A stretch of DNA of 64,000 nt, taken from positions 37,888,437 through 37,952,436 of the forward strand of contig NC_092672.1 in NCBI RefSeq assembly GCF_964355755.1. The letters are read 5' to 3'. The translations under genes were made by a program, and so were the position numbers. The notes under the pieces are model-generated. The model was not told the DNA's origin. It made no database searches and was given only the letters and a program-made list of their open reading frames with translations. Source of the DNA: Antedon mediterranea (taxonomy: Eukaryota > Animalia > Echinodermata). Positions 25,204 to 40,100 of this stretch are shown here, piece after piece (within the stretch, counting starts at the first letter, position 1; the number at the start of each line of letters is the position of its first letter).

Positions 25204-28200
25204 ATGTTTTCGTTGACTGTGTGTTTATTTTTTAGTTTCTTTCTTGGAGTTTATTACTACTTTGTCAAAGTTGCCGACAGATGTACCTGCCAAACGAATT
25301 TGAGCGGGAAAACGGTGATCATTACAGGTAGAAACAGTGTTGTTGTTGTTGTTTTGATATTTTAAGTTCTTCTTGCTGGCTTATGATTCCCTTACGAGAC
25401 TGGCAGCAGAAATACAGAAATAGTTAGTTTGATTGGTTGAAATGTTAGTCATTCAAACACCTGTTGATGTAAAAACTAGATTTACATACTATTGTTTTAA
25501 ACAATTTATACATTTTCTTGTCTGGCCCATCCATCATGGGTCGTTTTCATTATAGTTAGGTTTATTATCAATCTATAATTATAGTAGGCAAAACCAGCTT
25601 TCTAAGAACATTGAAGTCACCATGACCTTAGTTTAGCACACCATCAGATATGTATCGTTCTTGGCGGTTGCCATAGTGATTAGATAGGAATCTAAGTATT
25701 AAGTACTACAGTATACCATAACATGGAGGAAAAAATAATTAATTTTTCCTCCATGAGTATAACCTAAAAACCAACATGCCATCATTGTGTGGTTTTACGT
25801 TTTTACTCGCTAGACGCTCCTAATCTGTAAAATGATATAGGCCTACTGATCGGAGTCACATTTCTCACCATCTTCTTCAGAAAAAAGAAAAGAAAAATGT
25901 TAAATTGTTAAGTTTATTTGGTGTTGAATCCTTGAGTGAGGCATGTTCATTCAAGAGTCACGGTTTGTTTAACATTTTAGCTTAAATTACAAATAAACCG
26001 AGCACAATGTGGTTTAAATAAATAAACAATTACACTGAAGGATAGACTGTGTACAGTATTATTAAATGCATCCGTAGAATCGATGAATTTTCTACACTAA
26101 TGACATTTAAGCTATTTTTGAAAACAGGAAAAATATTGTTTTTGTAATAAGTTTCCTCTAACGATGCCGTTTGTCAATGTTATTCTACTCATCTAACAAA
26201 ATAGGCCTATTATACAACAAAAAGCCAATAGTCAGAATGTTTTTTATAGTTTGCATATTAAACTTGTTTTAAACAGAAATGTTTTCGGATATTATTACGG
26301 TACGACTTCAAAAAGGTCAACGTTTAAGGAATTGTAACTAGGCAATAAATAACGTGGCCATGTGTTTGTAGGCGTGCAGGAATGCAATTCCCTCGATGAC
26401 AACCACGACGTTCAAAATGAGATGGATAAGAAACCTGATTACGGATTTGCCTACAGGCCTGGAAAAGCTTGCGGCTCCCACGAGACGAAACGCAAGGACA
26501 CACACATGCAACGCACAGAAACACAAAACGCAAGTGACGCACGGACTCGGTTTTGGTAGTCCTAATATGGCGATAATAATATCATATTTAGAGACTTTTA
26601 CTTATTAATATTAATTAAACTGAACTGGATCGCTTTTGATGGAATAGTGCGTTATCGTGTGCACGTCTTATATTACGTTTTAGTTGGAACAAAGTTCGTA
26701 GACACCGGCGCCGGATGTACTCAATTGCGTAAACGGTATCTGTTTACTACCCACAGTTCCATGAAAGATGATAAAATATTCCCTCATAAAACTGTTTTTA
26801 TGTTAGATGATATATGTAATGACTGGTCTATTCCACGATACTGTATCTTACAACAAACTAACCTAGTACTAACTGTATTAATAGTTGTGCACTTGAACAG
26901 CATTTGACCACCAGGGGCATATATACGGTCCGGCCGGGAGTCAGCATTTGACCACCAGGGGCATATATACGGTCCGGCCGGGAGTCAGCATTTGACCACC
27001 AGGGGCATATATACGGTCCGTCCGGGAGTCAGCATTTGACCACCAGGGGAATATATACGGTCCCGCCGGGAGTCAACGTTTGTAAACGTGCAAGGTGGCT
27101 GCAAAATTTGTATTTGTAATAACAATCGGATTTATTTGGATATTCTAAGTACTAAAGTAGGCCTACATCACATCGCCTACGCATGTTGTTCAAATAATTA
27201 GGTGATACGGACGATAACGAAACCATTTAACGGGAAAGGTGCGTAATTAGGTTTGTGTAATGAATTGTGATGAGATTAATAATTATAGGCCTCGCATATT
27301 AGTATAAGTTGATAAGCATATGCTGGTACACATTCATTCTTACATACATTTACAGCGAGAAGTTCTATTTAATGTTTATCGTTAGTATACACGAATGATT
27401 GATGATCAGATGAAATTGTATTATATTTATATAATCTGTCGTATTGGGCTATAATAATTGAGAAATTAATTATCTTATTTAAGCCTATTATTATATTTTA
27501 AGTAGAGCGACTGTAACTAAATACGTAAATCGCATAGGCGGATTAAAGGGGCCCAGTTGCCCCCGGGCCCATCCTAAATTTTGCTATTGTTGTAATGCAA
27601 AATACAGGACACTAATTTCCGTTCGGCACTTAAAATTTGCAATTTTTGGCCCTGAACCCCACCCCAACCTATTTTAAAATCTTGGATCCGCCACTGAATA
27701 TAATCGAAACAAACTCCAGTTGTTAAATACCAAATTTACGTTTAATTATAATATCCGTCGTTCAAATATATAAGACATACTGGTATTGGAGAATAATAAC
27801 TCTTGACTTACAGCTTAAGGATATTATTGTATGGTAATAAAACCTGTTTATTTCTTTTTAGGTGCTAATACCGGAATAGGCAAAGAAACTGCTTTTGAAT
27901 TAGCAAAACGTGGAGCAAAGGTCATATTAGCATGTCGCAATAAAGAAAAGGCAGAAAGCGCTGCTAATGACATTCGTGTTGCCACGGACAACCCAAATGT
28001 CACGTGTTGTGTTATGGATCTAGCGAGCTTTAAATCGGTGCGCATGTTTGCTGAACGAATGCTGAAACAAGAAGATAGGATTGACATACTTGTAAATAAC
28101 GCCGGTAAGATATTTTATCATGAGCATATAGTACTTTTGTTTTCACGAATAGGTAGCTATCGAGTGGAAAAGTCATTCTGCAAACGCAGAAGATTCTCCT

Positions 28201-29293
28201 CTTTATGACACGTCTTTCACTAATGCTCTGTCTACACTATCAAACTAGTTTGACAACAAAAGTGTCATGTGCCCAATTATGGTAGTTATGTTGTAACGTC
28301 ATCGTGGACACTTCACTTTTTTCACATAAAGTTTGATAGTGTAGACAATGCATAAGGATCTGGGTCACTAAAAATGTGCTTTAATTCTCCAGGTGTGGTG
28401 GATGACGGTTCTAAACAGACTGAAGACGGCCATGACTTAGTGTTTGGCGTAAACCATCTCGGCCATTTCCTTCTCACAAATCTACTTGTACCAAAACTGA
28501 AAGAAAGTTCCCCCAGTCGGATAATAAACGTATCGTCTGATGCCTATCAGATGGCACAGCTTAATTTCGACAACTTGAATGAAAACAAGGGACGTATAGC
28601 ATCGTATTCGCAAAGTAAACTTGCAAATGTTGTGTTCACAAAGGAACTTAGTCGACGTTTGAAAAACACAGAATTAGCTGTGTTCTCTCTTCACCCAGGT
28701 TTGTATAGTTTTTATTGGGAAATGAACAAACTTAGGTAGGCCTATTAGGTTGGTTCAACTCTGTAAAATGACCACACTGTAAATCCCGGCTCTGATAGCT
28801 GAAAAGTTATGTTGGTATCTTTGATAAGTACGGTACTTAACAATAGTTTGGGCTCAGCTATAAACATTTTATTTGGGGAAAGGTAAATCAAAGGCACAAG
28901 ACGGTCAAATGGAGAAGATCCCGCTAACTTGAAATGTATGTTATAAATCCAAAGTATACATAAATGAGGGTGCAAAGACACAACATTACGTAACATAACA
29001 GTGGATATTTTTTTTTAGGAAGCATTGATACAGAGATAAAAAGAAACTGGTCTCCATTTCTCAAAGTTTTGGCACCAATCATCAAATTCTGGATGCTAAA
29101 AAGCGCAAATGATGGAGCGCAGACGTCTGTTCATTGCGCTATTGCAGACGACATATCGCATTTATCAGGCGCGTATTTTAAGGGTTGCAAGGTACAGAAG
29201 ATGGCAACACACGCAGCAGACGAAACCAATGGCAGGCGACTATGGGAGATCAGTGAAGAAATGACAGGTTTAAAAGAAACTGAGAAAAATTGA
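25204..29293 (+). CDS. Retinol dehydrogenase 11/12/13/14-like short-chain dehydrogenase/reductase (4 exons)
   Basis: Exons 25204-25327, 27862-28104, 28393-28698 and 29019-29293 join in frame. N-terminal hydrophobic anchor, GKTVIITGANTGIG cofactor motif, DILVNNAG, NHLGHFLLTNLL, RIINVSS, catalytic YSQSK, LHPG, GAQTSVHCA. Confidence 0.95.
26898..27075. repeat. 44-bp GC-rich tandem repeat x4
   Basis: CAGCATTTGACCACCAGGGGCATATATACGGTCCGGCCGGGAGT repeated four times in RDH intron 1. Confidence 0.95.
27533..27696. mobile_element. hAT-like MITE
   Basis: CATAGGCGGAT... / ...ATCCGCCACTG imperfect TIRs with GC-rich subterminal runs. Confidence 0.5.
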
Positions 29294-29389
29294 AGAATAC
29301 GGATTACAGGATTGAACTTTAACCTCAAATGTTAAAAATGCCAAACCCCTTGAAAGTCTTTCTACCTTACAGCTGATGTTAGGCGCTTC

Positions 29390-29586
29390 TAAGGCCAACT
29401 TGGATAGCGTCGTACGACGAGGCCCGAATGGCAGGAAATTAAACAACAAGTTCTCCCGACGACCTAAAAACTACGCTAGACGCTATCTCAAGAGGACTCG
29501 TCTCGTCGGGATTCAACTCGGACAGCACCGACGAGCCAAGACGCTTCGTCCGGCCTCGTCGTACGATGCTGTCTGAGTTAGCCTTA
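29390..29586. mobile_element. Palindromic Harbinger-like MITE downstream of the RDH stop
   Basis: TAAGGCCAACTTGGATAGCGTCGTACGACGAGGCC / GGCCTCGTCGTACGATGCTGTCTGAGTTAGCCTTA inverted ends. Confidence 0.7.
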
Positions 29587-31190
29587 CGTTGTTATACAAT
29601 GTTCTTATTTATAAGTCAAACGATTGATTACCCTGTAACAATGACGATATCATATATTTATACTCTTCGCGATTGATTGCGCCGCGCGTACCGCGTCGTG
29701 AAGCAAAAGGCCGCTAATATCAGGAACCGAACAATGAATGTATTTCGCGAACCATGATTCCAGTTATTCTGGTATAGTAATATTTTCAAACAGTCAATAA
29801 CAAGAAAGAGTGCTATATGTAATTATATTTATTCATTTTGTATATAAAATATGTATAGAATTACGGTTAATTTCTTTTGTAACGCTGTCAGTAAGTGACA
29901 ATTCGTGCAGCAAAACTTACTAAATAGAATCTAATACTGACAATAAACGGTAACGTTGAAATGTTACGAAATAATAAAATACGTGTTTGTATTATATACT
30001 GTACATTATTATTGTCATTAATAATTCCATGTGAAAAAAACTGAGTTGTTTAGCTTATATAGAACCATTGTTTTTATACACTAACTTTAAATTGGTTTTC
30101 GCCAAGACACGCGGAAAGGACATACACGCAACGCCCATGATTCCACCAATCACAATCACTGATTCATCTAACTGTAGCTTGTGATTGGTCAAATTACTTG
30201 CGTTGCGCGTACGTCGTTAAGATGCGTCCTACTGAGATACAAACATAACTGTTTATCTTAAGCTGCATATAAATTATATTTTGTGTTCATCATTCATTTT
30301 GTATTGATTGTCCATATATTCTTTCAATGTCCTGTTATTGCACAGACAGCGATAGCACAGATTGGTTTCTAATAAACATTCATTTTGCAGCTTGTAGTTG
30401 CTCATAAAAAATATATAATAAAGATCTTATTTGAATTCATGCTGTTTTAAAAATAGTTGATACAAAAGTTACAAATTGCACATGATTTTACAATTTCAGA
30501 TGTGTACAATAATTGTGGAACTACAAATTACAACGGTTGACCTTCAACGTGTAGGACTCTTATAAAACAAAAGAATCCTCAAGCAGTAACTTACAAAAGC
30601 TAGCGTTTTGATTTTGTTTTCGGAACTAGTATAGTTATGACACGCCACGTGTGCCAGAATTCTGTTTTCGAAGTTAAATCGCCATCTATACTATCGCCAT
30701 ATATTGCTTGTTAGTAAACTTTGCGCCACGTTTGCTTGGATACAGTCATGCTCTTTCCAAAGATAACTGACTCAAGACAAGAAACGGTAGAAACGTTTGT
30801 TAAGCTTGGTTCCCACTAGGACGCAACGCAAGGATGTAAGCTCAATGAAAGCAAGTTGACCAATGACAAACAACAGTTTGAATAATCCACCGATTATGAT
30901 TGGTCAGATTACTTGTGTTGCTCTGTCTAAACTATCAAAGTTTATGTGACAAAAAAATGTGATATGGACATGATGATGACATATCACACTCATATTTGGG
31001 CATATCACACTTTTTGTGTCAAACTAGTTTGATAGTGAACATTTTACGTCATTGCGCTGCGTCCTAGTGGGAACCAAGCTTTACACTATTGTATCTTTCT
31101 ACTCATCATTCACACATCTTGGGCATCTTTAAGCTGCTTGCGATTTCATTCCACATTTAGATAAGATTAGACCGAGATTTAACATCAAAA

Positions 31191-34100
31191 TCAAGTCGCA
31201 TGTTCCTGCCAAAAAGACTCGAGTCTCCCATCCTCATCTGAACAAAATTTGCTAAAATCATTGAGTAATCGAGTCGGAAACTTCTCACAACCGGTGCCAA
31301 GAGAGCGCCATCGCTTTGTCAAAAGGTGGTTCGTTGCCCAAAAGAAACCCACCTTGCCCTCATCGCCTCTCTTAAACTGTTCTCGCTTTTGCTCAATATT
31401 GATTGCGTCAATGCTATAAACATGATGCGACATGCTTTTGTTCTGCATTTTTTCAATTAAACTTCGACTGCGACGAAACGGTGAGAAATTTGATTTGTTA
31501 GTGGTTGATTTACCTGTGTTTACTGCAGATCTTATTGCAGCGAATGCTCCGCCAGACACGTGAACGAACTGATTGTAATCAACACGATATAGAGATGATT
31601 CATACTGATTTTGAGACAATTGAGTTACTGGTATAAACCCAAATCTAGACAAATATAAATAAAAGGTTACTCGATCGCTAAAATCTTTTCCTCATAATTT
31701 TTTAGTTATAATTTTATCAATAATATTTATTTTGACACAAATAATAATCAGAAGTGAGAATAGGCCTACTAAGATTCTCTACTCACTCCATATTACAGAA
31801 ACAAAAGATTCCTATATCAATCATATTTTTATATTTATATATTTATTTTGTTATCCTCATTATTGTTTTTTTTTTCCTTTTTAAAATTATTTTTCTTGTT
31901 TTAATGTCTGTATCGTTCTCGTTTTGAGGGTCTCATGCATGTCATGTCCTTGGCTGCCTTGGCTGTTTTGAGTCACCCTCATTAAACAAAGTGTGTAATC
32001 AAAATAATAACATGAATACTGTATAACCATTTATTTTTAAATGAAACTACTAATTGTTCTATATACCTTTGTAGTATAGCCTCCTGCACTGTTGTCACTC
32101 CTGTCTCTTCACCTTTAAATAATTCTGGAACATGAAGATCAATAAACAAAGGGCTGCTAATGGGATCAGAGGCATCCCTACGGAAGTGAAATGGATCGCA
32201 AGGAGCAGGAACAAGATGGAATCCACATTGTTGAGCTTTACGTGACCATCCTTGCAGCTAGAAGAAACACAGTAAAACTAGTGTAAATGTACTGTAGGTA
32301 TAATGTGAATTGGGGCTATATTAAGCTCTGTCTACACTATCAAACTAGTGTGATGTGCCTAAATATGGTAGTGATATGACATCATGTCTATTAAGCTCTG
32401 TCTACACTATCAAACTAGTTTGACAAAAACAAAAGTGTGATGTGCCTAAATATGGTAGTGATATGACATCATGTCTATTAAGCTCTGTCTACACTATCAA
32501 ACTAGTTTGACAAAAACAAAAGTGTGATGTGCCTAAATATGGTAGTGATATGACATCATCTCTATTAAGCTCTGTCTACACTATCAAACTAGTTTGACAA
32601 AAACAAAAGTGTGGTGTGCCTAAATATGGTAGTGATATGACATCATGTCTATTAAGCTCTGTCTACACTATCAAACTAGTTTGACAAAAACAAAAGTGTG
32701 ATGTGCCTAAATATGGTAGTGATATGACCAAATGTGGTAGTGATATGACATCATATGTCCACATCACATATTTTTGTGTCACATAATGTTGATAGTGTAG
32801 ACAGAGCCTTAGAAAAGAATATGTGTAAAACACCCAAAATCTGATTTTTCCTATTTAATGAATATAGTTTGACATTAACAGAGGAAGAAATTCAAAAGTA
32901 ACATTTATTTCTCTCGTCATAATAAATTTGGTTAATTATGAGGGGCAAAATAAAAAGAAGGAAATTCTGAAAAAAGGACAACTAATGTTGATGAACTATA
33001 ACAACTAACATATTATTCATTTACTCACTATTACTACTACCCTTACCAGTTCACTTAGAAGACTGGATGAAGAGACTAGCCATTGAACTTTCAACTCAAA
33101 TGCCTGACTAGGGTCAAATATCTGTTGGTAGGCAACGTGACACCATTCAGGGCTGTCTGTCTTGGTGTTACTTAGATCAATCACAACATTCTTAAATAAA
33201 TTGGAAGCAGGATCTGCAAGATAATAACATGCTGTAATATCAATATGATAACATCATTTGAATATATAAAGTGGTCACTATGGTAACTACTTTTCAACAT
33301 CTAGTGTATATGTTTTGTCTTGTGAACAGGATTGCAACCTTTAAGAAGGATAGGAATGAATTCGCTTATGGTTATCTTTGGAAATTTGCCTAAATATATA
33401 AAAACAAAACACATATCTCTCCGTCGTTCGGTCTGAACAGACTCTAAGGTATTACTTCATACCAACCAGTCCATTTTACCTTCGTTTACTAGTTGGCCAT
33501 AGTTTCCCAATCTATCATTTGATGCGTTATAATCGTCCTGTTGACTCCATGGCTCCACATCATCTTCATTACTATTACAAGATACTTTTACTTCAAACAG
33601 ATATCGTTGAAGCAATGGATCTATAGATACGTTAGGGATGTTATCTGAAAAACAAATAGATGTAGTAAAAAGTCTTTACACACAAAGAGTAAACTGCAAG
33701 CCAGTTTGTAATGAATGTTGTCTGGTATGTGTGTACTGTACATGTAAAGCTTGGTTCCCACTAGGACGCAGACGCAACAAGCGATGGATTATTCAAACAG
33801 TGGCTTTGTCAACATGCTTGCATTGCGTTTACATCATTTCATTGTGTCCTAGTGAGAACGAAGCTTAAATGGTATCCAAACTGACAAACACCCACTTCTT
33901 ATGGTACTATTAGTAATAAACATTGTAATTGTGAATAAATAAAAGTAATCATGAAGGGCAATTATTAATCAAGTTATCAAATTGTAAAATAAAAACTTAC
34001 TTTCTGTTTGTTCACTCGTTGGAAAATAGAAAAAATAGTATCCATTGCAGTGTGAAGGTGAGAACTTTCCACATACAGGACGAATTAAATTCATTTTCTC

Positions 34101-37100
34101 CATTGTCTATGATAAACATAATATTTATAACACTTTAATAGCTTCAACCATTTTTACAATATTGTGAATTATTCCTAAGAAGTTTATTCGACAAATATCT
34201 TTATAAATGGCTTTATTATTAAAATCAAGGTCAAACAAAAATCAAAGTTAAATATTTTTAGCAAAATTTAGCATATTTGTTTAGGCAGATTAGTTATTTT
34301 TGTCTGTAAGCGGTAAATCTGAAGTTGGGTCAGGGCATATTCAGGATTTTTTTTAAAAGGACAGCGCTAACATGAATGTAAATAGTCTGCCAAATATAGA
34401 TATTACACGGTATTTTATAATGTCATTTTAGCTGTCAAAACTCTTCACGATCAAGAATCTGAAAGAATTTATGATTAAATGATGTCGGACACATTTATGG
34501 TAAACAAACTCAACAGTTCTTTTCAGAACTAATATCCGTGGTGTACCGCAAACTTTATACCAACATTTGATTTCGCCATGCAAACCTTCAAACAATCTAC
34601 CTGTAAGAGTTCCAAGGCTTCATATTCTTTTGTGTCATCTTCTAGATTGTTCCTTATCCACTGTACAGCATCAAAACCAAGGAAGGAATGATTAGGTAAA
34701 CCTTTACTGTCTGGAAGCAGGAAGTTTAAACCACTTCTACAAAAACAAGAGAGTCAAGAAAAATATATTTTATTTAGTGACCAGTTTCAATACTTGTATG
34801 TATGTTTCATTTTTCTGTCTGTGTAATGAATTATATTGTTTATCTTAAGTAGTTTTTTTATAGTTTTTTATTCAGATTTCAACCAGCCTGTTTGTGGTGA
34901 TGATTTGCTGTTGGTTTGGAGTGAAAAAATTTATAAATAAAATGTACAATTAGGATTTATATTCATAGACTTTCTGTTTCATCTGTGAAAACAAAAGCAT
35001 AATATGCTACTGATCATGACTGGGCACTCTGGGATTTATATTCATAGACTTTCTGTTTCATCTGTGAAAACAAAAGCATAATATGCTACTGATCATGACT
35101 GGGCACTCTGGGAGACCAGTCTTTGACTGAAGAGGTATAAATAAATAACAAATAACAAACAAACATATGAATTTAAAACAAAGTGGTAGTTAAAAACTTA
35201 TTGACATTTATTTCTCTATGTGTTTTAATGTATTTAGAGTCTTTATTCATTCGTTCACAACTACAATGTTCAATAGCACTAAAAAGAGGCAAGTAGTTAT
35301 TTTTGAAACATTTTTTACTGTTTTTTTTTATGTTAAAGGGTTCCATTTAACAGTGATTTTATTCATATTTTTTCTGATATTGTTACACTTATGTAGTTTT
35401 TGTTCATTTAAATAAAATAAATAACTAAAATAAAAAATTAAACAAACATGTTTCTTACTCGGATTTCTTCATTGCATTTACAATATACTGCAAAGGTGAC
35501 TTGAGACTTAGTTGAGGTAGCTCAGTTATGTTATTGTTGGTGGGTGTGGCACTGGGTGATGTCGCATTGATCTGCTTAAAATCAATTGTCTATAAATAAT
35601 GTGATTTTAAATACAAACTTATTAGGTTAAAGTAATTACATTTATGTATGTGTATTGTGATATTTTAACTTTAAGTGGGTAGAAAATCATTTTAAAATTA
35701 CAAATTGAGATGCATAATAGAGGAGAGTTGCTCAGTAGCCAGTCTAAAGCTCTGTCTACACTATCAAACTTAAGCTTGGTTTCCACTAGGATGTAAACGC
35801 AAATGTGTTGACCAATGACAACCAACCGTTTGAATAATTCATCGCTTGTGATTGGTCAACTAACTTACGTTGCGTTACGAACCAAGCATTATTGACAAAA
35901 AAAGTATGATGTGCCCAAATATGGTAGTGATATGACATCATCATGTCCATATATGGGCACTTCACATTTTTTTGTCACATAAACTTTGATAGTGTAGACA
36001 GAGCTTTAATTGGTGTAATACTAATCAGTCTTTATCATTAGTAGCTTTTAAATAATAAAGTGTTTATTAAGGCATTGAAAACACAAAAAGCAATTTTAAG
36101 AATTCTTTGTATAACTCGATTTAGCAGCAGTAACAAATTGCAGCAATAAAGTATTAGTAAGCGCAGAATATTGTAATAATCTTTATTTTATCAAGAAACT
36201 TTTCAAACACATTTACTTTTCAACTCTGTTTATGAAGCCCACTATAACAACCTGTATGTACAGTGGTATCTAAATCCCTCTTACATAATCTATGGACCCT
36301 GTACGCTGACAATCAAGTTTGTCCACAACCCTACCGACAGGACTGCAGGGCCGTTTATGAAGATGAGGAATTCTCGGTTTGATGTCCAACAAAGTGGTAG
36401 TACTGGCGCGTCTTAAAGGTTTTGTATTTCCGCTTAATGTCTACAAGCACAAGAAAAGACAAGGTCGAACATGCACAAAACACAAACAACATTGTAACGC
36501 TTACAAAATCTCAATAGCATATCAAATACAATTGTGTAATTATTTTTAATACATCAAATATTTTTCAATTAAAATACTGTTTGTTCAAATTTATATAGAA
36601 AATTTCAGTAAATGAATGATTAAAATCTCTCAAGTACTAGGCTCTGACTATAGCATTTTAATGGTACTAAAAAAATAGTAATATTTTATAAAATGCCAGA
36701 GAATTGTGTAAGCTTTTGTGGATATCATAACAGATTGATGACAACTAAATGATTTTTTCAGAATCATTGGTAAAAAAAAACCAACAAATATAATGATGGG
36801 TGGTTTAGCATTTCAGATTACAACAAGCATGTCAGAAGTACAAGCATGAAGAATGGAGAGCATTTTAGGATGATAGGGTTAGGAACATGTGATGATGGGA
36901 TTAGGAGCATGTGATGATGGGATTAGGAACATGTGATAATGGGGATTAGGAACATGTAATGATGGGGATTACGAACATGTGATGATGGGATTAGGAACAT
37001 GTCATGATGGGATTAGGAACATGTGATGATGGGATTAGGCGCATTTCAAAATAGGATCATTTTAAAGTTATTAACACTGTTAGTATTCTAATCTAAATAA

Positions 37101-40100
37101 CGCTTGTCACTTTCAAAACAAAATAACATTAAAATTATGTTTCATTTGGTATTAAAAAATTAAAAACACAACTTCAAAAACATCATCAACAACAATATTA
37201 CCTTTTTGCTAGATTGGTCCTTTTTATTTGAGTTGCTATGACGACGTGTCTTGTTTAAGATGTTCATAAATTTGATAAAGCCTTCGATTAGTTGCTGGTT
37301 TTCGCTCTGACAATATTGAGTGAATACGTCACATGGTTTGCCTGGTGATTCGCAAAGTTTGCGAACAGTCTGCGATGAAGAGGGCAGCAAGAGAAAACGG
37401 GTACGCCAAAATTTCAGTGACTGAAAAACAAAAAAGTTTATTTCAAATTGCCAGCTTTTGATCAATTACACTTTGCAATGTGTCAGTTGTCATTCATCGA
37501 GGTGGATACGCATCACCAATTACATAAGTCTTATTACATAAGATTTATCTTAAATTCTATATCAATGACATTGTTACCTCCATAAGGTCATAATCCATTG
37601 CACCTTTACAACAGATGTGATTGTCCATGTAGTTCCAATTGAAATGCTCTACTTGTTCATGTCGGAATAATACTGCTGCTTCCTCGTACATGCTGTTTTT
37701 GGCGGGCCAAAGTTTGTAGCTGTACAAAAACTCTTGAGGAACAAATGGGTGTCTGAAGATAAGATACAACCAATACAACTCAGTGAATACACTACTAACT
37801 ATGTCATTATTCAAACATTTTCTTTCCTTCTTTTCCAAAAAATTCTGTGTTTTAATGGTAAGATATAATTTGGGAACTTTTGGTTTTGTGAGAGTTTCCA
37901 GTTTTCAAAGAGTCCGGGGTAGAGTTGTACAACTCTACCGGTTTCTGCACTATGTTGTGCATGATTATCAAGAGAGATACCTAGGATTTGGCAATTACAT
38001 TACATTTCATTACAGAACTCAAAATGATCACCTATAATTTATTTTGATAGTGCGCAACCTTATCTGTATTAAGTTAACTCCGCTGTTTTTTTTTCAAAAA
38101 CGTTATTTATCAATAAAGTCTGACCTAGGTTTGTACATAGTAACTGTGATGACCCTGTCCATCTCATGAAGTGATATCCGATGGAAGATCCTTCCAATGC
38201 TCAGCACATACTCATTACGATGGACATTTGTTACTAGTTGATGGCTTGTACGGTACGTTTTCTGCTGAAGGTCTGGTTGAAAACTTTGAGGTGAGATCAC
38301 CATTTGAAAACCCTGATAATGGATAAGTTAATATTTATTAAATAATTAGACAACATTTTTTATTTCATACGCATCCGACAGCGAGCAACTGGCCAATTAA
38401 AGGAAGGATAAACTATTTAATAATTTATCATGCTTATAAACTAACTCTAATTTGAGGGAGTGGAGTTGAAAAAGTTGTGAGTTACAACCCTGGCACTTGC
38501 TCAGGATTGAACCCTTTACCTTGGCATTGGAAGGCAAGCATGAGTGTACTTACTTAATGACTGCCATACTTACATGCATAAGTCTCTGTGAAACCAACTC
38601 CATAAAGGCGTTTTCTATTGAGTAGACATTAGCCCCTACCAGCTCGTCTGGCGAGACATCATACTGGTTCTCCATATAATCTCTCTGTAGAATGAAGTTG
38701 TCTGGAAAGTAGTCTGTTGTTACTGGTAGACAAGCAGTTGCTGTTATTGACTTCCAATCAACCCCTTAAAGAAACAATACTAAGTACTGTACCATGCTTG
38801 TTTATATAGACTAAACTCTCCCAATACCGGACTTTCTAAACCGGAAACTCTCCCAAAAACTTTTCTTGAGGTCCCAAAAGTCCAGTCTACAAAAGGTCCC
38901 AAATTCACTTTTACCATTAAAAACACATTCTCAATACCCAGACTTTGCAGAAAACCAGACATATTAGGCCAGTCCAAAGGTGTCTGGTATTGAGAGAAAA
39001 AATCAAGTTAAATAATAATAATGAAACTTTTGTTGAATAAGCTAGCAACATCAAGAATTGTTGAATAAGCTAGCAACATCAAGTATTGTTGAATAAGCTA
39101 GCAACATCAAGTATTGTTGAATAAGCTAGCAACATCAAGTATTGTTGAATAAGCTAGCAACATCAAGTATTGTTGAATAAGCTAGCAACATCAAGTATTG
39201 TTGAATAAGCTAGCAACATCAAGTATTGTTGAATAAGCTAGCAACATCAAGTATTGTTGTAACAATTGACGTTTAAAATATAAATAGTTTACATTTATTG
39301 AACTGGGAAAACGGTTTGATTATAGACTTTTTGGAAAAAATTGTTATAAAATAAATATAAGTACCTGTTTGAATAAAAGGGGTCCATTCTTGCTCCCCCG
39401 TTACACTCCAATTCCATGCCATTCTACTTGAGAAGGGGATTTTAGGCGCACTAGGAGACAACTGAGATAGTAAGGAAGCTCTATGACCTGAAATGAACAA
39501 AATCATTTAAGCATGTTGGCTGAGTCATATGGCCGAGCGGTTAAGGCAGGGGCGCCGTTTATCGTACCTAAAGAGCCAACAACAACATCGGCAAGGGTTC
39601 GAGGCCGACTCGCTCCTAGTTCTGGTGGTGGAACAAGTCTTCTCGGATAAGGACTATAAACCGTAGGTCCAGTGTACACAGTTATAACATGTGTGTACTT
39701 TAAAGAACCCAGTTCATTATTCGAAAAAGAGTAGGGGGTTACCCCGGTGAACTGGTTCACACAATAGCCCCTGTATCAGGGGGATTACCACCTATCTGAT
39801 AGGACAGTGATTAATTCACTATTGGTAATCCTTGGCCACAGTGCCTAAAGACATAAAATAAATAAATAAATAAATAAAACATAATTTGGGAAATAGAGAT
39901 TTAAAAATCTCTATTTACCAAATTACGTTATCTCAGCCACCTTGTACGTTTGTTTTTTCAATGCATCCATCTTCTATTTGTTTAGAATCAAACACGGAAT
40001 TTGTGTACATTTGTACTCATTATAATGTTTGTTCTTACAGTATTTGAACTGAATTTTAGATATTTATAGATTTTACATTTGAATGTAAATTGTCGCAATT

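Noticed and set aside
36870-37038. GGGATTAGG repeats as interstitial telomere
   Set aside because: The unit is about 21 bp, not (TTAGGG)n; ordinary minisatellite.
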